DNA of 64,000 nucleotides, taken from the NCBI GenBank assembly GCA_963740355.1, contig CAVUDW010000003.1, forward strand, positions 1,120,001-1,184,000, given 5' to 3'. Below are positions 11,040 through 21,792 of this stretch, piece by piece. The first letter of the stretch is position 1. Every line of letters begins with the position of its first letter. Source of the stretch: an uncultured Gemmatimonadaceae bacterium (GTDB lineage Bacteria; Gemmatimonadota; Gemmatimonadetes; Gemmatimonadales; Gemmatimonadaceae). The notes under the pieces were generated by a model. It made no database searches. It saw only the letters and a program-made list of their open reading frames with translations, and was not told where the DNA came from. A program made the position numbers and the translations under genes.

Positions 11040-12038
11040 TCACGGGCACACGGGCCGACCGCGCGGCAGTGCCAGTGTGCAAACCTTGGTTGCACCATCC
11101 TTCGTGATGCTGATCTTCGCGGTAGCGGTGCCATCGTAGGTGACGACTTCGCGGCGCGACGAGGCGACCGGTGTGCCGCTGGCGTACGTCACCGACACCG
11201 ACATGGCGCGGATCACGGTGCCAGCCGTTGGATACGGATAGCCGCTGGCGACGACCGGGATGACGAGACCGGTGGTGGTGTCGCCCATCACACGCACCGA
11301 GGTGAATGCGCCAGCCGTGCTGGTGCCTTCGGTGGTTTCACGTCCGGCAGACACGCCGTTCACAGTGCGCTGCGTGCTGCCGGCGGCGAGACCCGTCACG
11401 ACACGGGAGCTGGAGCTGCTGACCGTGGTGCGTGCGGTGGTGATGTCGACGCGTGTGCTGTCCTGGCCCGGAGGGCCGAAGCCGTGACCGAAGCCTTCGC
11501 GACGACCGGGAGTGAACGTCGTGGTACCGGTGACGCTACGAGTCGTCTCGATCTTGTCGGTGGTGAGTGTGTCACGCGACGCCTGTGCGACACCTGCCGC
11601 CGTGCTGAACTTGAAGGTGCGATTGATGGTGAGGCTGTCACGCACGACTGGCGTACAGGTGACGACACCAGTCGTCGCATCGAAGGTGGTGCAGGTCGAC
11701 AGCGAGAACCGTTCGCCGAAGGGTCCGCGACCGATGCCGGGGCCCATGCCGATGCCACCGCTGAATTCATCGCGGAATCCACCGCCCATCATCTCGCCGC
11801 GGCCAAGGCTGTCGCCCGGCATGCCGCGATCGCCATGATGACGCGGGCCGAACACACCGGTGTTGCCGCTCGCGCTGTAGGTGCTCGACAGCGAGTCATA
11901 CCCTGGTGATGCAGTGCGGAACGCGGCTGCGACGAGTTGCGTCTCGGCGCTGGAGGACTGCGTCGACGTGTTGTCGGCACACGCCACTGCGACCAGCAGG
12001 AGTGCACCAACGGCGGTGCAGGATTTGAGTGAAGACAT
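11040..12038 (-). CDS. Ser/Thr-rich beta-strand lipoprotein of unknown function
   Basis: Lipobox LLVAVAC; T/S-rich strands, Gly-rich inserts, paired Cys. Confidence 0.75.
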   Translation of the reverse strand: MSSLKSCTAVGALLLVAVACADNTSTQSSSAETQLVAAAFRTASPGYDSLSSTYSASGNTGVFGPRHHGDRGMPGDSLGRGEMMGGGFRDEFSGGIGMGPGIGRGPFGERFSLSTCTTFDATTGVVTCTPVVRDSLTINRTFKFSTAAGVAQASRDTLTTDKIETTRSVTGTTTFTPGRREGFGHGFGPPGQDSTRVDITTARTTVSSSSSRVVTGLAAGSTQRTVNGVSAGRETTEGTSTAGAFTSVRVMGDTTTGLVIPVVASGYPYPTAGTVIRAMSVSVTYASGTPVASSRREVVTYDGTATAKISITKDGATKVCTLALPRGRPVCP

Positions 12039-12118
12039 GCGCGTGTTTCTCCGGCATGAAGGCCTTGCGAACGATCAGCAGGAGGCGATGTCCTCCGCGA
12101 TCAGGTCGTCGTAGCAGG

Positions 12119-12143
12119 AGACACGTGTGTCACGCGACACCCC
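12119..12143 (-). promoter_or_regulatory. Putative ECF-sigma promoter GGGGT-N14-GTGTCT upstream of the lipoprotein gene
   Basis: Same motif and spacing as the copy at 12916..12940. Confidence 0.6.
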
Positions 12144-12249
12144 CACGCTGCCTCGCGGGGCAATCACATGCGGCGCGATTCCGCTGGAGAAATGCACACG
12201 ATGCGCATGCCGAGCGAAGGCGAATCGCACGCCTTCCGTCGAGAAGCGA

Positions 12250-12849
12250 TCAGTCGTTCTCGTTGCCGGGCAACCAGGAGGCGAGCGCCACGCGCAGCAT
12301 GCGGAGTGCCTTGCCCATCTGGTTCTCCACGGTTTTCGGCGCAATCTCGAGCGCCTCGGCGATCTGTGCGTAGCTCATGTTGTGGCGACGCGAGAGTTCG
12401 AACACGGCGCGACAGCGATCGGGCAGCGTGGCGACAGCCTGGGCGATCGCGACCTCGAGCTCCTTCGCCTGCACCATCGCCGGTGCGGTGGCCGCGTGGG
12501 CTTCCTCGGAGACATCGCGCGCCGCGGCACGGGCTGCGACCTGCTCGTGCCGCACGTGATTGAGGGCACGGTTGCGTGTGGCGCGCATCAGGTATCGCCG
12601 CGGCTCCTGCTCGAATGCCAGCGTTTCGCGACGCCGCCAGACTTCGAGCAGCACGTCCTGCACCACTTCCTCGGCGATTCCCTGATCGTGCAGCAGGTAG
12701 GTGCCCACCCGCACGAGCGGAGCGTACCAGGTGCGGAAGATGGTGTCGAAGGCGGCTTCGTCCCCGGCCGCGAGTCGGGCGAAGAGGGCACGCTGCACAT
12801 CCTCAGGCGGGAATCCCGCATCGAGGCTGGAGGGAGCGTTGAGCGACAC
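12250..12849 (-). CDS. ECF RNA polymerase sigma factor (FecI-like)
   Basis: GDEAAFDTIF, AEEVVQDVLLEVW, sigma4 LPDRCRAVFELSR..SYAQIAEALEI..KTVENQMGKAL. Confidence 0.93.
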   Translation of the reverse strand: MSLNAPSSLDAGFPPEDVQRALFARLAAGDEAAFDTIFRTWYAPLVRVGTYLLHDQGIAEEVVQDVLLEVWRRRETLAFEQEPRRYLMRATRNRALNHVRHEQVAARAAARDVSEEAHAATAPAMVQAKELEVAIAQAVATLPDRCRAVFELSRRHNMSYAQIAEALEIAPKTVENQMGKALRMLRVALASWLPGNEND

Positions 12850-12915
12850 GTCGGCGGACGTCCTTGACCCGGGGAAGCGAGGACGGGCAAGTTGCGTCGT
12901 CCAGAAGGAGCTATA

Positions 12916-12940
12916 GGGGTAGTGGACCCCAGCTGTGTCT
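12916..12940 (+). promoter_or_regulatory. Putative ECF-sigma promoter GGGGT-N14-GTGTCT upstream of fecR-like gene
   Basis: Ends 9 nt before ATG 12950; matches the copy at 12119..12143. Confidence 0.6.
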
Positions 12941-12949
12941 ACAAGGTAT

Positions 12950-13942
12950 ATGAGCGATCAATCCGCCGGCCTCGCGCCGGAAGACGGCACTCCGGTGCAG
13001 GATGCAGCGCTCGACGCCGTGATGGCGCAGTGGATCAGTGCCACTGCAGAGCCGATCGATGTCGACGGTGCGCTGGCGCGCGTGAACGCGCGACGGTTGG
13101 CCGATGCGGCGATGTCTCGTGCTGCCGCGCCGATCGACGATCTCGCGCTGCGCCGTGATGCGAAGCGAGTGAGCGACGTGCAACCGGTGCCGCTCTGGCG
13201 TCGCGCCGGTTTCCGCGCCGCTGCTGCGGTCGTTGCCGTCTTCGGCGCAACGGTGCTCTGGCGCGCGACGTCGACGCCGTCGCGGACCACGTCGTATGTG
13301 ACGACCACTGGTGCGTCGCAGGAGATTCGATTGGTTGATGGTACCGAGGTTCGCCTCGGCCCTGGCAGCTCGCTCACGCTCGATCCAGCCTTCGGTCGCG
13401 GGAATCGCAAGCTGACGCTGCACGGTGAGGCCTGGTTCAAGGTGACCCACAACGCGGCAATGCCATTCTCCATCCGCGCCGGCTCGACGACGGTGGAGGA
13501 TGTGGGAACGGCATTCCTGGTCCGCGAGTCGCTGGAGAAGGAAGTGAGCGTGCGCGTCGCCGAAGGGGCGGTGAAAGTGACGACCGCGCGCGACTCGAGC
13601 GTGACGTTGCAGGCTGGCGACGGCGCGGTAGCGACATCGACCGGGATCACGGTTGCGGCCGGCGGCGTGACGGCGGGCGAGAGTGCCGCGCTGGCGTCAG
13701 GGCGACTGACGTTCACGGATGCCTCGCTGCTCGAGGTGCAGGATGCGCTTCACCGCTGGTATGGCGTGTCGCTGCTGATTTCTGACAGCACGCTGGCAGC
13801 GCGCCACGTGACGGCGGATTTCACCGGCGAACCCATCGCACGCGTGGCCGCGGTGCTTGGATTGACGTTGGGCGTGACAGCTGATGCGCACGGTGACACG
13901 ATCGAACTGCATTCAGCCGCAGGGGTGCCTACACGGCCATGA
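12950..13942 (+). CDS. FecR-family anti-sigma/sensor protein
   Basis: TM helix then IRLVDGTEVRLGPGSSL, LHGEAWFKV, DVGTAF; C-terminal LTFTDASL..LHRWYGV. Confidence 0.92.
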   Translation: MSDQSAGLAPEDGTPVQDAALDAVMAQWISATAEPIDVDGALARVNARRLADAAMSRAAAPIDDLALRRDAKRVSDVQPVPLWRRAGFRAAAAVVAVFGATVLWRATSTPSRTTSYVTTTGASQEIRLVDGTEVRLGPGSSLTLDPAFGRGNRKLTLHGEAWFKVTHNAAMPFSIRAGSTTVEDVGTAFLVRESLEKEVSVRVAEGAVKVTTARDSSVTLQAGDGAVATSTGITVAAGGVTAGESAALASGRLTFTDASLLEVQDALHRWYGVSLLISDSTLAARHVTADFTGEPIARVAAVLGLTLGVTADAHGDTIELHSAAGVPTRP

Positions 13943-16453
13943 CCGGCGGGAGACGACACGCGACGCGCGGCCTCTGGGTTGTTGTGGCCAGCGCGATCGC
14001 CTGTGGTACTGCCGCAGCGCAGGCGAGCCCCTGTCCGGTGCCCGCCCGCGATAGCGTGCGCGTCTGGCAGCCACCGCTCGACCGCTTGGTGACGCTGAAC
14101 TCGAGCGGTGCCTCGCTTCGTACCGCGCTCGACCTGGTGGCCGCGCGGGCTGGCATTCGACTCTCGTATTCCAGTGACGCGCTCCCGCTCGATCGCGAGG
14201 CGTGTGTGCCACAAGGCCAGATGCCGTTGGGTGCGGCGCTGAGCGCACTGCTGCACGATGTGGCGGTGATTCCAACCTCCAGCGGCGGCACGCAGGTGGT
14301 GCTGGCCCCGGTGCGCGCAACCGAGGTGGTGCCGGTCGCCGCCCACACCGCCACGCTCGACCGTGTGGTGGTCACGGGCAGTGCCGCGGGTGCCGCGCAG
14401 CGCAGCCTACCCTACGCGGTGGATGTCATACAGGGGCGCGACCTGCGTGGCGCTGCGGCACCATCGCTCGGCGCGGCGCTGAATGGCTCGATTCCTGGAC
14501 TGTGGATCTGGGCCGATGCCCCGACGACGCTGCTGACGCGTTTTGGTAGCCTGCGCGGCGCGAGTTCGTTCGGGGTCAGCTCGCCCAAGGTCTTCGTCGA
14601 TGGCATCGAGCTCGCCAATCCGCTGCTGCTCACACGCATTTCGGCGGATGCCGTCGATCGCATCGAAGTCATTCGCGGTCCACAAGGCGCCGCGTTGTAC
14701 GGCGCGGACGCAATCAGTGGCGTGGTGAACGTGCAACTACGACACGATGGCGCCGCCAATGGTCGTGGCGATGCGAGCATTCGCTCGAGCGCCGGTGCGG
14801 CGCAGTCGCGGTACGCGTCTGGTGATGCGTTCACGCAGGAGCACACCGTATCGCTGCGCGCTGGGAGCGCGGAGAAGTCGGCCGGTGCGGTCCTCGCGCT
14901 GAATACCACCGGCGCCGTCGTTCCGGGCGGCGGCACGCAGCAGTTCAGTGCCGACCTCGGTGCGCGTCGTGTGTCAGCACGCACGATCCTGTCATCCACG
15001 GCGCGGCTCTGGGTGGCACGCGCCGACTCGCCCGTGAATCCGATCTTTTCTGCGCTGGGCACGAGCGTACCGGGCATGTCTCCACTCGAACCAGACGCCG
15101 AACAACGTGTCACGCAATACACGCTCGGCGGTACGATGACGCACGCGCCGGACGCGGCCTGGACCAACACGATCACGGCTGGCGTGGATGGATATCGCCT
15201 GTCGGGATTGTCGGTGGACTTCGTCCCGGTGCCATCATCGCTCGATTCGGCGATGCGGTCGACACGCGGCGGTGCGGACAAGGGCACGCTGCGGGCGACC
15301 AGTGTGCGGCGGATCGGCATCGGCGACGCGAGCACTGCGACACTGACGTTCGCTGGCGATGCGGCGCTGCTGCGTGACGGCACCACGTCGACCGATCCGT
15401 GGCGCGACGACATCCGGCAGCCAGCCACGCCCGATCGCCCTCACGGAGGGCACGCGGTGGCTGAGTACCGCGGGCCTCGGGCTTCAGGCCGGCTTCGACT
15501 ATCACGAGAAGCTGTTTCTCACGGCAGGATTGCGCGGTGAGCGCAACGATGGCTTCACAGCAGCCAGCCGATTTGCACTGCTGCCGGCGCTCGGGGCCAG
15601 TGTCGTGCACCAGACCGGCGATGTGACGTGGAAGGCACGCATGGCATACGGCGGCGGCATGCGGCCGGCGCGAAACCCAATGCGTGAGACGGTGTGGCGT
15701 GGAACGGGCGCCGGCGCCATCGGGTCGGATCTGTTGCCGGAAAAGCAGGTCGGTGTCGAGGCCGGGCTGGACCTCTACTGGCGTCGCAACCTGTCGTTCC
15801 AGGTGACACGCTTCGACCAACGGGCGTCGTCGCTGATTCAGCAGGTGCCGGTGCTCGAGCAGGAGATGGAAGGGCCTGCCGAAGACTCCATCGAACATGG
15901 CGGATATTCTCGTCCCGCGCGGTACGGCTACGTGCTCGAGAATCTGGGCGCCATCACGAATCGCGGGTGGGAGTTCGCGCTCCGCCAGACGGTTGGGACA
16001 CTGAGCATTGCCGGGACGATGTCGCTGGTGGACAGTCGTGTGGATCAGGTAGCGCCGGGATACGCTGGCGACCTGCAGGTCGGCGACCGCCTGTTGGCGG
16101 TACCGGCGCGCACCACAGGCCTGATGGTGACGTGGACGCCTAAACGCTGGCAGTTCCAGGTTGGCGGTACGCAGGTGGCCGACTGGGTGAACTACGATCG
16201 CTTGTCGCTGGCCGGGACGTATCTGCGCGGCGGCAAGCCGTCGCGCGGGCTGACGGGATCGACGTTGCGCTCGTACTGGATTAACTACGGGGAGGTCACC
16301 CGCCTGCGCGCCTCGGTCTCGCACGACCTCACGCGCGCCCTCTCACTGCGCTTCATCGGCGACAACCTGCTCGACCGCCAGCGCGGTGAGCCGGACAACG
16401 TGACCATCGTGCCCGGGCGCACGCTGTCGTTCGGGATTTCCGCGCGCTTCTGA
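13939..16453 (+). CDS. TonB-dependent receptor with N-terminal STN-like signalling domain; one frameshift near 15390-15450
   Basis: TonB box LDRVVVTG, plug VFVDG..RIEVIRGPQGAALYGADAISGVVN. Barrel continues in the 15359..16453 frame and ends PGRTLSFGISARF. Confidence 0.88.
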
Positions 16454-16574
16454 CGGGGCGTCCTGCGGATTGGGACATCCTCAGCATTCTCCGGCACAGG
16501 TCGATACTCCTGTGGGCAGCCCGGCATAGGCCGAGGCGCGTGGCGCACCTGTCCAGGCCCCTGCACTGCCCTGA

Positions 16575-17951
16575 ATGCCTCATTCGCTCCTGTTCGCGAA
16601 GTCGCTCTCGCTCCTGCTCGAGGAAGTGCAAACCGCTGCTGACCTCACCATGGTCCGCAGTGGGCTGTTGCGTGTGCGGCGTTTCTCGCGCTCGCACGGC
16701 TTGACGCTCGAACTGTCCGAGGGGCGGCTGAGCGTCGACACGGTGCGCCTGACGCGGCCCTTGCCCGGCCTGCAGCGACTGATGTCGGCGATGGCCTCGC
16801 ACGGCGTGGCACAGATCAACCTCAGTGCCGGCGCCGTGCCGCGTGAGCTGTTGAAGCTGGCGATGCTGCTGGCACGCAAGCGGCCCGCGGACAGCGATAC
16901 GACGAGCATCTTCGAGGAGATTCGCGAAGCGTCGCTCTGGTATGTGCAGTGTTATCCAGTGCCGCGCGCGGGCTCACCGGAACAGGCCGATGCCTACGCC
17001 ACCGAGGTGGCACTCGATTCGGCCGGCGCGATCATGGCGCGCGGACAGGAGATTGCCCGACTCGCATCCGAGGCACTGCTTTCGGGCGAGACGCAGAAGC
17101 TCGCTGCGCTGATTGCCTCGGTGGTAGCGATCGAGAGTGTGGTCACACACAAGGAACTTCGACCGGCATGGTCGGCCGTCTTCGATTCGATGGCGACCCC
17201 GGAGGCGTTGCGTGCACTGGTGGTCTCGCTCCCGACGTGCGGAGACGCGATCGGCTCGGCGATGGCGACGCTCAAGCGATCGGGCGAAGCGGGTGCCGAG
17301 GCACTGATCGCCGAACTGCTCGCCAGCGACTCGATGGATGTGCGCCGTGCATGCTTCGACGCTTTGGTGGAAGTGCGGCGCGGCACCGGCGAACTGGTCA
17401 AGCTGCTCAATCACGAGCAATGGTTCGTGGTCCGGAATGCGGCGTGCCTGCTGGGCGCCTTCAAGTCCCGATCATCCGAGCCAGAACTGACGGAGTCGCT
17501 CACGCACACCGACGAGCGTGTGCGCGCGGCGGTCGTGACGGCGCTGCTCCAGATCGACACGCAATCATCACGCGCTGCGGTGCGTGGCATGATTCGCGAT
17601 GACTCGGCGGAGGTACGGCGGCGATCGGTGCGCGGATTCCTGGCGGAACAGGGGATGTTTTCCAACGTCGAGAAGCTGCTGCAGGCCCTTGAGCGAGAGA
17701 CCGAACTCGATGTGCAACTCGAGTTCCTTTACGCGCTTGGCACGTTGGCCACACCTGATGCCGTGCAGAAGCTGATTCGTCTCTGCTCGGTTGATGGGCA
17801 CAACCGTCCCCCCGATTTCCGGATTGCGGCGGCTGAGGCACTGGCATCGGCGCGACTCGGTGCCGCCGTGCCGATGCTGCGCGCGATGCTGAAAGATCCC
17901 GACCAACATGCGCGCGCTGCAGCGCGGCACCTGATTCGCGCGGTCAGCTGA
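16575..17951 (+). CDS. HEAT-repeat protein
   Basis: Repeats such as QWFVVRNAACLLG, DERVRAAVVTAL, SAEVRRRSV, DQHARAAA. Confidence 0.85.
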   Translation: MPHSLLFAKSLSLLLEEVQTAADLTMVRSGLLRVRRFSRSHGLTLELSEGRLSVDTVRLTRPLPGLQRLMSAMASHGVAQINLSAGAVPRELLKLAMLLARKRPADSDTTSIFEEIREASLWYVQCYPVPRAGSPEQADAYATEVALDSAGAIMARGQEIARLASEALLSGETQKLAALIASVVAIESVVTHKELRPAWSAVFDSMATPEALRALVVSLPTCGDAIGSAMATLKRSGEAGAEALIAELLASDSMDVRRACFDALVEVRRGTGELVKLLNHEQWFVVRNAACLLGAFKSRSSEPELTESLTHTDERVRAAVVTALLQIDTQSSRAAVRGMIRDDSAEVRRRSVRGFLAEQGMFSNVEKLLQALERETELDVQLEFLYALGTLATPDAVQKLIRLCSVDGHNRPPDFRIAAAEALASARLGAAVPMLRAMLKDPDQHARAAARHLIRAVS

Positions 17952-17983
17952 CAGCAGGGGCGCCCTGGCATCGGCATGGCACG

Positions 17984-18604
17984 TCAGAAGATCAAGCCGA
18001 AGGTGACAGGAAAGGACTGAATCGACTTTGTATCGATAAGGCCTTGCTGCTTCGTGTACACGTTCTGAATTCGGGACTCGATGAACCCGTTGATTCGGCC
18101 CATGCGGAATGACAGTCCCGCGCCGCCGTCGAAGCCGATCTTCGTCGTCGAAAGCGTTTCTGCGCTCAGGTTGCCGTCAGCATTGAGCGCGTCTCGAATG
18201 TTGAACGCGCCGACACCGGCGAGGATGTAGGGGCGCACGGGTCCGGGGAGCAGGTCGAAGCGCAGCGATGCGATACCGCCAAGCTGGGTGCGTGTGGACC
18301 CGATGGGGCTTTCGCTGGAGGCTGCGCCGGCGCTGGCCTCTCCGAACTTCATGCGCGCGAAATCGGCGCCAATCCGCAATGCTGGGAGCCCCGGCGCCAG
18401 TCGGAGGAGCAAGTACGCCTGTCCGACGGCACCGGCCATCACGTCCTGATACCGCGCATTCGTTCGCGGAATGATTGCGCCGCCGCCAATTCCGAACTGC
18501 AGCGGCCGCGTGTTGTTGAAATCGCCGCCGCCTATTCCCTGACCGCCGGCGGTTGAAAGCGCGAGCAAGGCGGCGAGGCCAGCACAAGCAAGACGACGGG
18601 GCAT
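17984..18604 (-). CDS. Outer-membrane beta-barrel (OmpA-like) protein
   Basis: Signal peptide, VRPYILAGVG, GFDGGAGL, terminal PVTFGLIF. Confidence 0.8.
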   Translation of the reverse strand: MPRRLACAGLAALLALSTAGGQGIGGGDFNNTRPLQFGIGGGAIIPRTNARYQDVMAGAVGQAYLLLRLAPGLPALRIGADFARMKFGEASAGAASSESPIGSTRTQLGGIASLRFDLLPGPVRPYILAGVGAFNIRDALNADGNLSAETLSTTKIGFDGGAGLSFRMGRINGFIESRIQNVYTKQQGLIDTKSIQSFPVTFGLIF

Positions 18605-18722
18605 ACACGCGCTCCTTGTTGGGTTGTCACCGCAACAAGACGCCCCCATCCCGATTCATTCTCACCCGTCTACAGCAGCGGCAGAATTCCCGATCAACAG
18701 GTGGTCGGAACGCCCGGTGGGC

Positions 18723-19274
18723 TCAGAAGAAGTACCGCCGCCAACCGGTGACGTCCTTGCGGCGCATGCGCCAGAAGATCGCGATGCCGGAGATCGTCAG
18801 CGCAACCAGGGAGAGCGCCCAGAACATGGCCACGACGAGGCCGCCGTCGCCGAAGAATTCGCCGCTGTGCAGCCGGTTGAGGAAGGGCTTGTCGGCATAC
18901 GCCTCGACACTCACCAGCGCACCAGTGGTGGCGTTGACCACGAACTTCTGGTCTTCGCCGCCCGTCGGCTTCCCAGTGAAGATGGCGACGGTCGGTTCCG
19001 CGCCCTTCAACTGCAACACGACCTTGTCGATCGGTGCACCGGGCGCCTTTGCTGCGACCGTGGCGAATGCCTTCTCCAGCGGCGTGACGGCGCCGGCGGG
19101 CGTGGCAACCGTCACCGTGCTGACGAGATCGCGCGTCGCCTCGCGAAGCGCCTCGTCTTCACCGAAGAACTCAGTACCGGCGAGAATGATTCCGGTGACT
19201 GAGGCAAACAGCAGGAAGAGTGCAGCGGGGAAACCGATCCAGCGGTGCCAACGGCGCCAGAATGCAGGGGTCAT
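18723..19274 (-). CDS. PepSY-associated TM helix protein
   Basis: FWRRWHRWIG..SVTG, VNATTGALV, NRLHSGEFFG..ISGIAIFW. Confidence 0.85.
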   Translation of the reverse strand: MTPAFWRRWHRWIGFPAALFLLFASVTGIILAGTEFFGEDEALREATRDLVSTVTVATPAGAVTPLEKAFATVAAKAPGAPIDKVVLQLKGAEPTVAIFTGKPTGGEDQKFVVNATTGALVSVEAYADKPFLNRLHSGEFFGDGGLVVAMFWALSLVALTISGIAIFWRMRRKDVTGWRRYFF

Positions 19275-19332
19275 GACGAGAACGGGGAAGAATGAAGGGT
19301 GCCGCTGAGGCGGCGTGAGAGCGTACGAACTG

Positions 19333-21792
19333 TCATTGCGGCGCCGACGCCCATCCGGTGAGAAGCCGTCGTGCCGCCGCGAAATGAGCGAGCAACCGGG
19401 GATGATCGGCCCCTGCATATCCGATTTCCAGCGCCTGGTCCGCCACATCCATCGCGCGCAGGAGGTCGCGGGCAGCAGCGACCTTGGCGGAAGGCTCGGT
19501 GCTGCCCACGCGATCGATCCATACCGGAGCGGTGTGTGCGTAGGCGTACGAATCCATCGCAGGCCAGGCTTTCGTTGCAGGCCCAGATACGCGAGCAGCG
19601 ATCCAGCCACCCGAGGGCAGTGTTGTCGAACCGCTGTAGTGCTTCGAGCCGGTGAACGCGGCGCCGGCACGACGATCGACGACGACGCCATTGACGAGAA
19701 TCTCGACGGTGTCGACCGGCACGGCCGAGTGCACATCGAGTTGCCATGCTTGTGGTGCGGCATTGCGTGCCACGACCTGGCCAGGCCCCGACCTACCGAC
19801 GTGGAAGTCGAGCATCGGTCCGTTCGAGACGAAGCTGCGTCCGGCCTTCAGTGCTGCGAAGTAGCTGCCAAGCTCCGACGGCCGATCGGGATGGACGTAG
19901 ACACGTGTGGTGCCGATGGCCATGGTGCGATAGAGGTTGTTCATGGCGTCGGTGCCAGCCGTGATCACCATCGGCATGCCAACGTTCAGCATCCGATACC
20001 AGAGATCGGCGGAGCCGCGTTCATCGCTCCACAAGCACGCAAGCTCGATGGCGTTGACGCGTCCTTGCACCGCATCGGCCACGAAGCCGAGTGGCAGACC
20101 ACGCAGCGATGCGGCGGAAGTGAAGGGATCAGCCGCCGGCACGGGGTGCACGTAGGTGCTGATTCCCCCATGCTCACGCGACCAGTCCAGCGCCTCGGCG
20201 TTGGGTCGATCGTCGCGCGCGTGCACGTCGTACCCTGGCCCCCAGATCCATGGCCAGAAGAGCGCCGAGGTGTTGAGCAATCCCACGTGCCCGAAGAAAT
20301 GCGCACGAACCTCCTGCGCCCACACGATCCACGGCTTGCTGCCGGTATGTCGCCAGGTGAAGAGCGGCTGATCCTCGAACCGTTGCGCAAGGTTCGCCAA
20401 CATCGGTGTCAACACGTCGAGGTCTTCGGCCTCGCCCATGCGCAACAGCGCCGTTGGATCGAGGTGATACGGACCACCGTAGTTGAGGTGGAAGTGGTGT
20501 TCGCCGCTCAGCCAGCCGTTGGCTCGCGCGTCCCACACCTGCGTCATCGTGATGGTGACGGTACGCGTCTCACCGGCGCCGACGCGCACACGCTGCGTGG
20601 CGGTCGGCGTCGCGATCCCCTGCACCGCTGCGATCTCGACTTCGCCGGCGGGGACGGTGACTTCCGTCGTGCCACCACTATAAAAGAACGCGATGCCGTT
20701 CTGCCCGTCGAATCGCATCTGACCGCTGTCCGGCACCACGGGATGCTGGCTGGCGCGAATCGAGAGCCGGGCGCTGACGGGCGCGCTGCGCGACACCATA
20801 CGCGTCACGACCCGCAGGCGGCCGGTGGCGGCGCCCCAGTGCCACTCCTTCACGGCCACATCCTGCGGCACACCACCAACGCTTGGCACCCGAGCCAGCA
20901 CCATGCGCTGCTGCGCGTCGGCGTGTGTGTACCAGATGGTGGCGCCGTCGCGACTGAACGCCGGCGTCAGCGGCACGAGACGCACATCGCGCATGACCTG
21001 CACGGTGGCGCCGGCCTGCTGCGAGTTCGTGAGGCGGAGCTCGTAGCCGTCCTGCGACGGCCAGGTGAGCGCCAATGAGCGCCCATCCGGGCTGACACTG
21101 CCGCGCGTCATGGAGAGAATGTTCCCCGATGCCAGCACAGTCTCCACGCCGGTTGCCAGGGTACGCCGCCGAACGAGGTCGCCACCAGCACGTGTCTTGG
21201 CGAGATAGATCAATGCGAGGCCATCAGGCGTGGGCATCGGCTCGATCTCGAGGCTGCCGACATGATCGGTGATGCGTGTCGTCGCCTTGGTGGCGAGGTC
21301 GATGCGCCAGATATCGATGTCGCCGGCGATGCCCGAGCTGTAAAACAGTGACTTGCCGTCCGGTGCGTAGGCGGGGTCGAGCACGATGGCCTTGTCCGCG
21401 ACGAGCGTCGTTTCCGTGCCTGTCGCAACATCGACCGTCACGATCGAGAGCATGCTGCCATCATCACGCAGGCAGGCGATGGCGCGACCGTCAGGGCTCC
21501 ATACTGGTCGCGCGTCGACTGCCGCGCCCTTCGTGAGCCGCGTCGCAACGCCACTGGCAATGTCGAAAACCCAGATCCAACCTCGCGACGCAAAGGCGAG
21601 GCGCTTGCCGTCCGGTGCTGGCGCGGGATCGATGGGGCCGTTCGTGAGCAGCGGCAGCTCGTACCCTTCCAGGTACACATGGTGGTTGAATCCGGCGACC
21701 TTCGGGTAGTGATTCGACCACTGCGCCTGCAGCGGTGTTCCCAGCCCAAGTGCGGCGGCCGCGGCACACAACCACCACCGGCGAACCATCAC
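19333..21792 (-). CDS. TolB-like beta-propeller fused to CehA/McbA-like (PHP-type) metallohydrolase
   Basis: PD40-like repeats (WSPDGR, YAPDGK, VSPDGR); GWLSGEHHFH, YVHP, TAGTDA, GRSFVSNGP, AHTAPVW. Confidence 0.8.
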   Translation of the reverse strand: MMVRRWWLCAAAAALGLGTPLQAQWSNHYPKVAGFNHHVYLEGYELPLLTNGPIDPAPAPDGKRLAFASRGWIWVFDIASGVATRLTKGAAVDARPVWSPDGRAIACLRDDGSMLSIVTVDVATGTETTLVADKAIVLDPAYAPDGKSLFYSSGIAGDIDIWRIDLATKATTRITDHVGSLEIEPMPTPDGLALIYLAKTRAGGDLVRRRTLATGVETVLASGNILSMTRGSVSPDGRSLALTWPSQDGYELRLTNSQQAGATVQVMRDVRLVPLTPAFSRDGATIWYTHADAQQRMVLARVPSVGGVPQDVAVKEWHWGAATGRLRVVTRMVSRSAPVSARLSIRASQHPVVPDSGQMRFDGQNGIAFFYSGGTTEVTVPAGEVEIAAVQGIATPTATQRVRVGAGETRTVTITMTQVWDARANGWLSGEHHFHLNYGGPYHLDPTALLRMGEAEDLDVLTPMLANLAQRFEDQPLFTWRHTGSKPWIVWAQEVRAHFFGHVGLLNTSALFWPWIWGPGYDVHARDDRPNAEALDWSREHGGISTYVHPVPAADPFTSAASLRGLPLGFVADAVQGRVNAIELACLWSDERGSADLWYRMLNVGMPMVITAGTDAMNNLYRTMAIGTTRVYVHPDRPSELGSYFAALKAGRSFVSNGPMLDFHVGRSGPGQVVARNAAPQAWQLDVHSAVPVDTVEILVNGVVVDRRAGAAFTGSKHYSGSTTLPSGGWIAARVSGPATKAWPAMDSYAYAHTAPVWIDRVGSTEPSAKVAAARDLLRAMDVADQALEIGYAGADHPRLLAHFAAARRLLTGWASAPQ

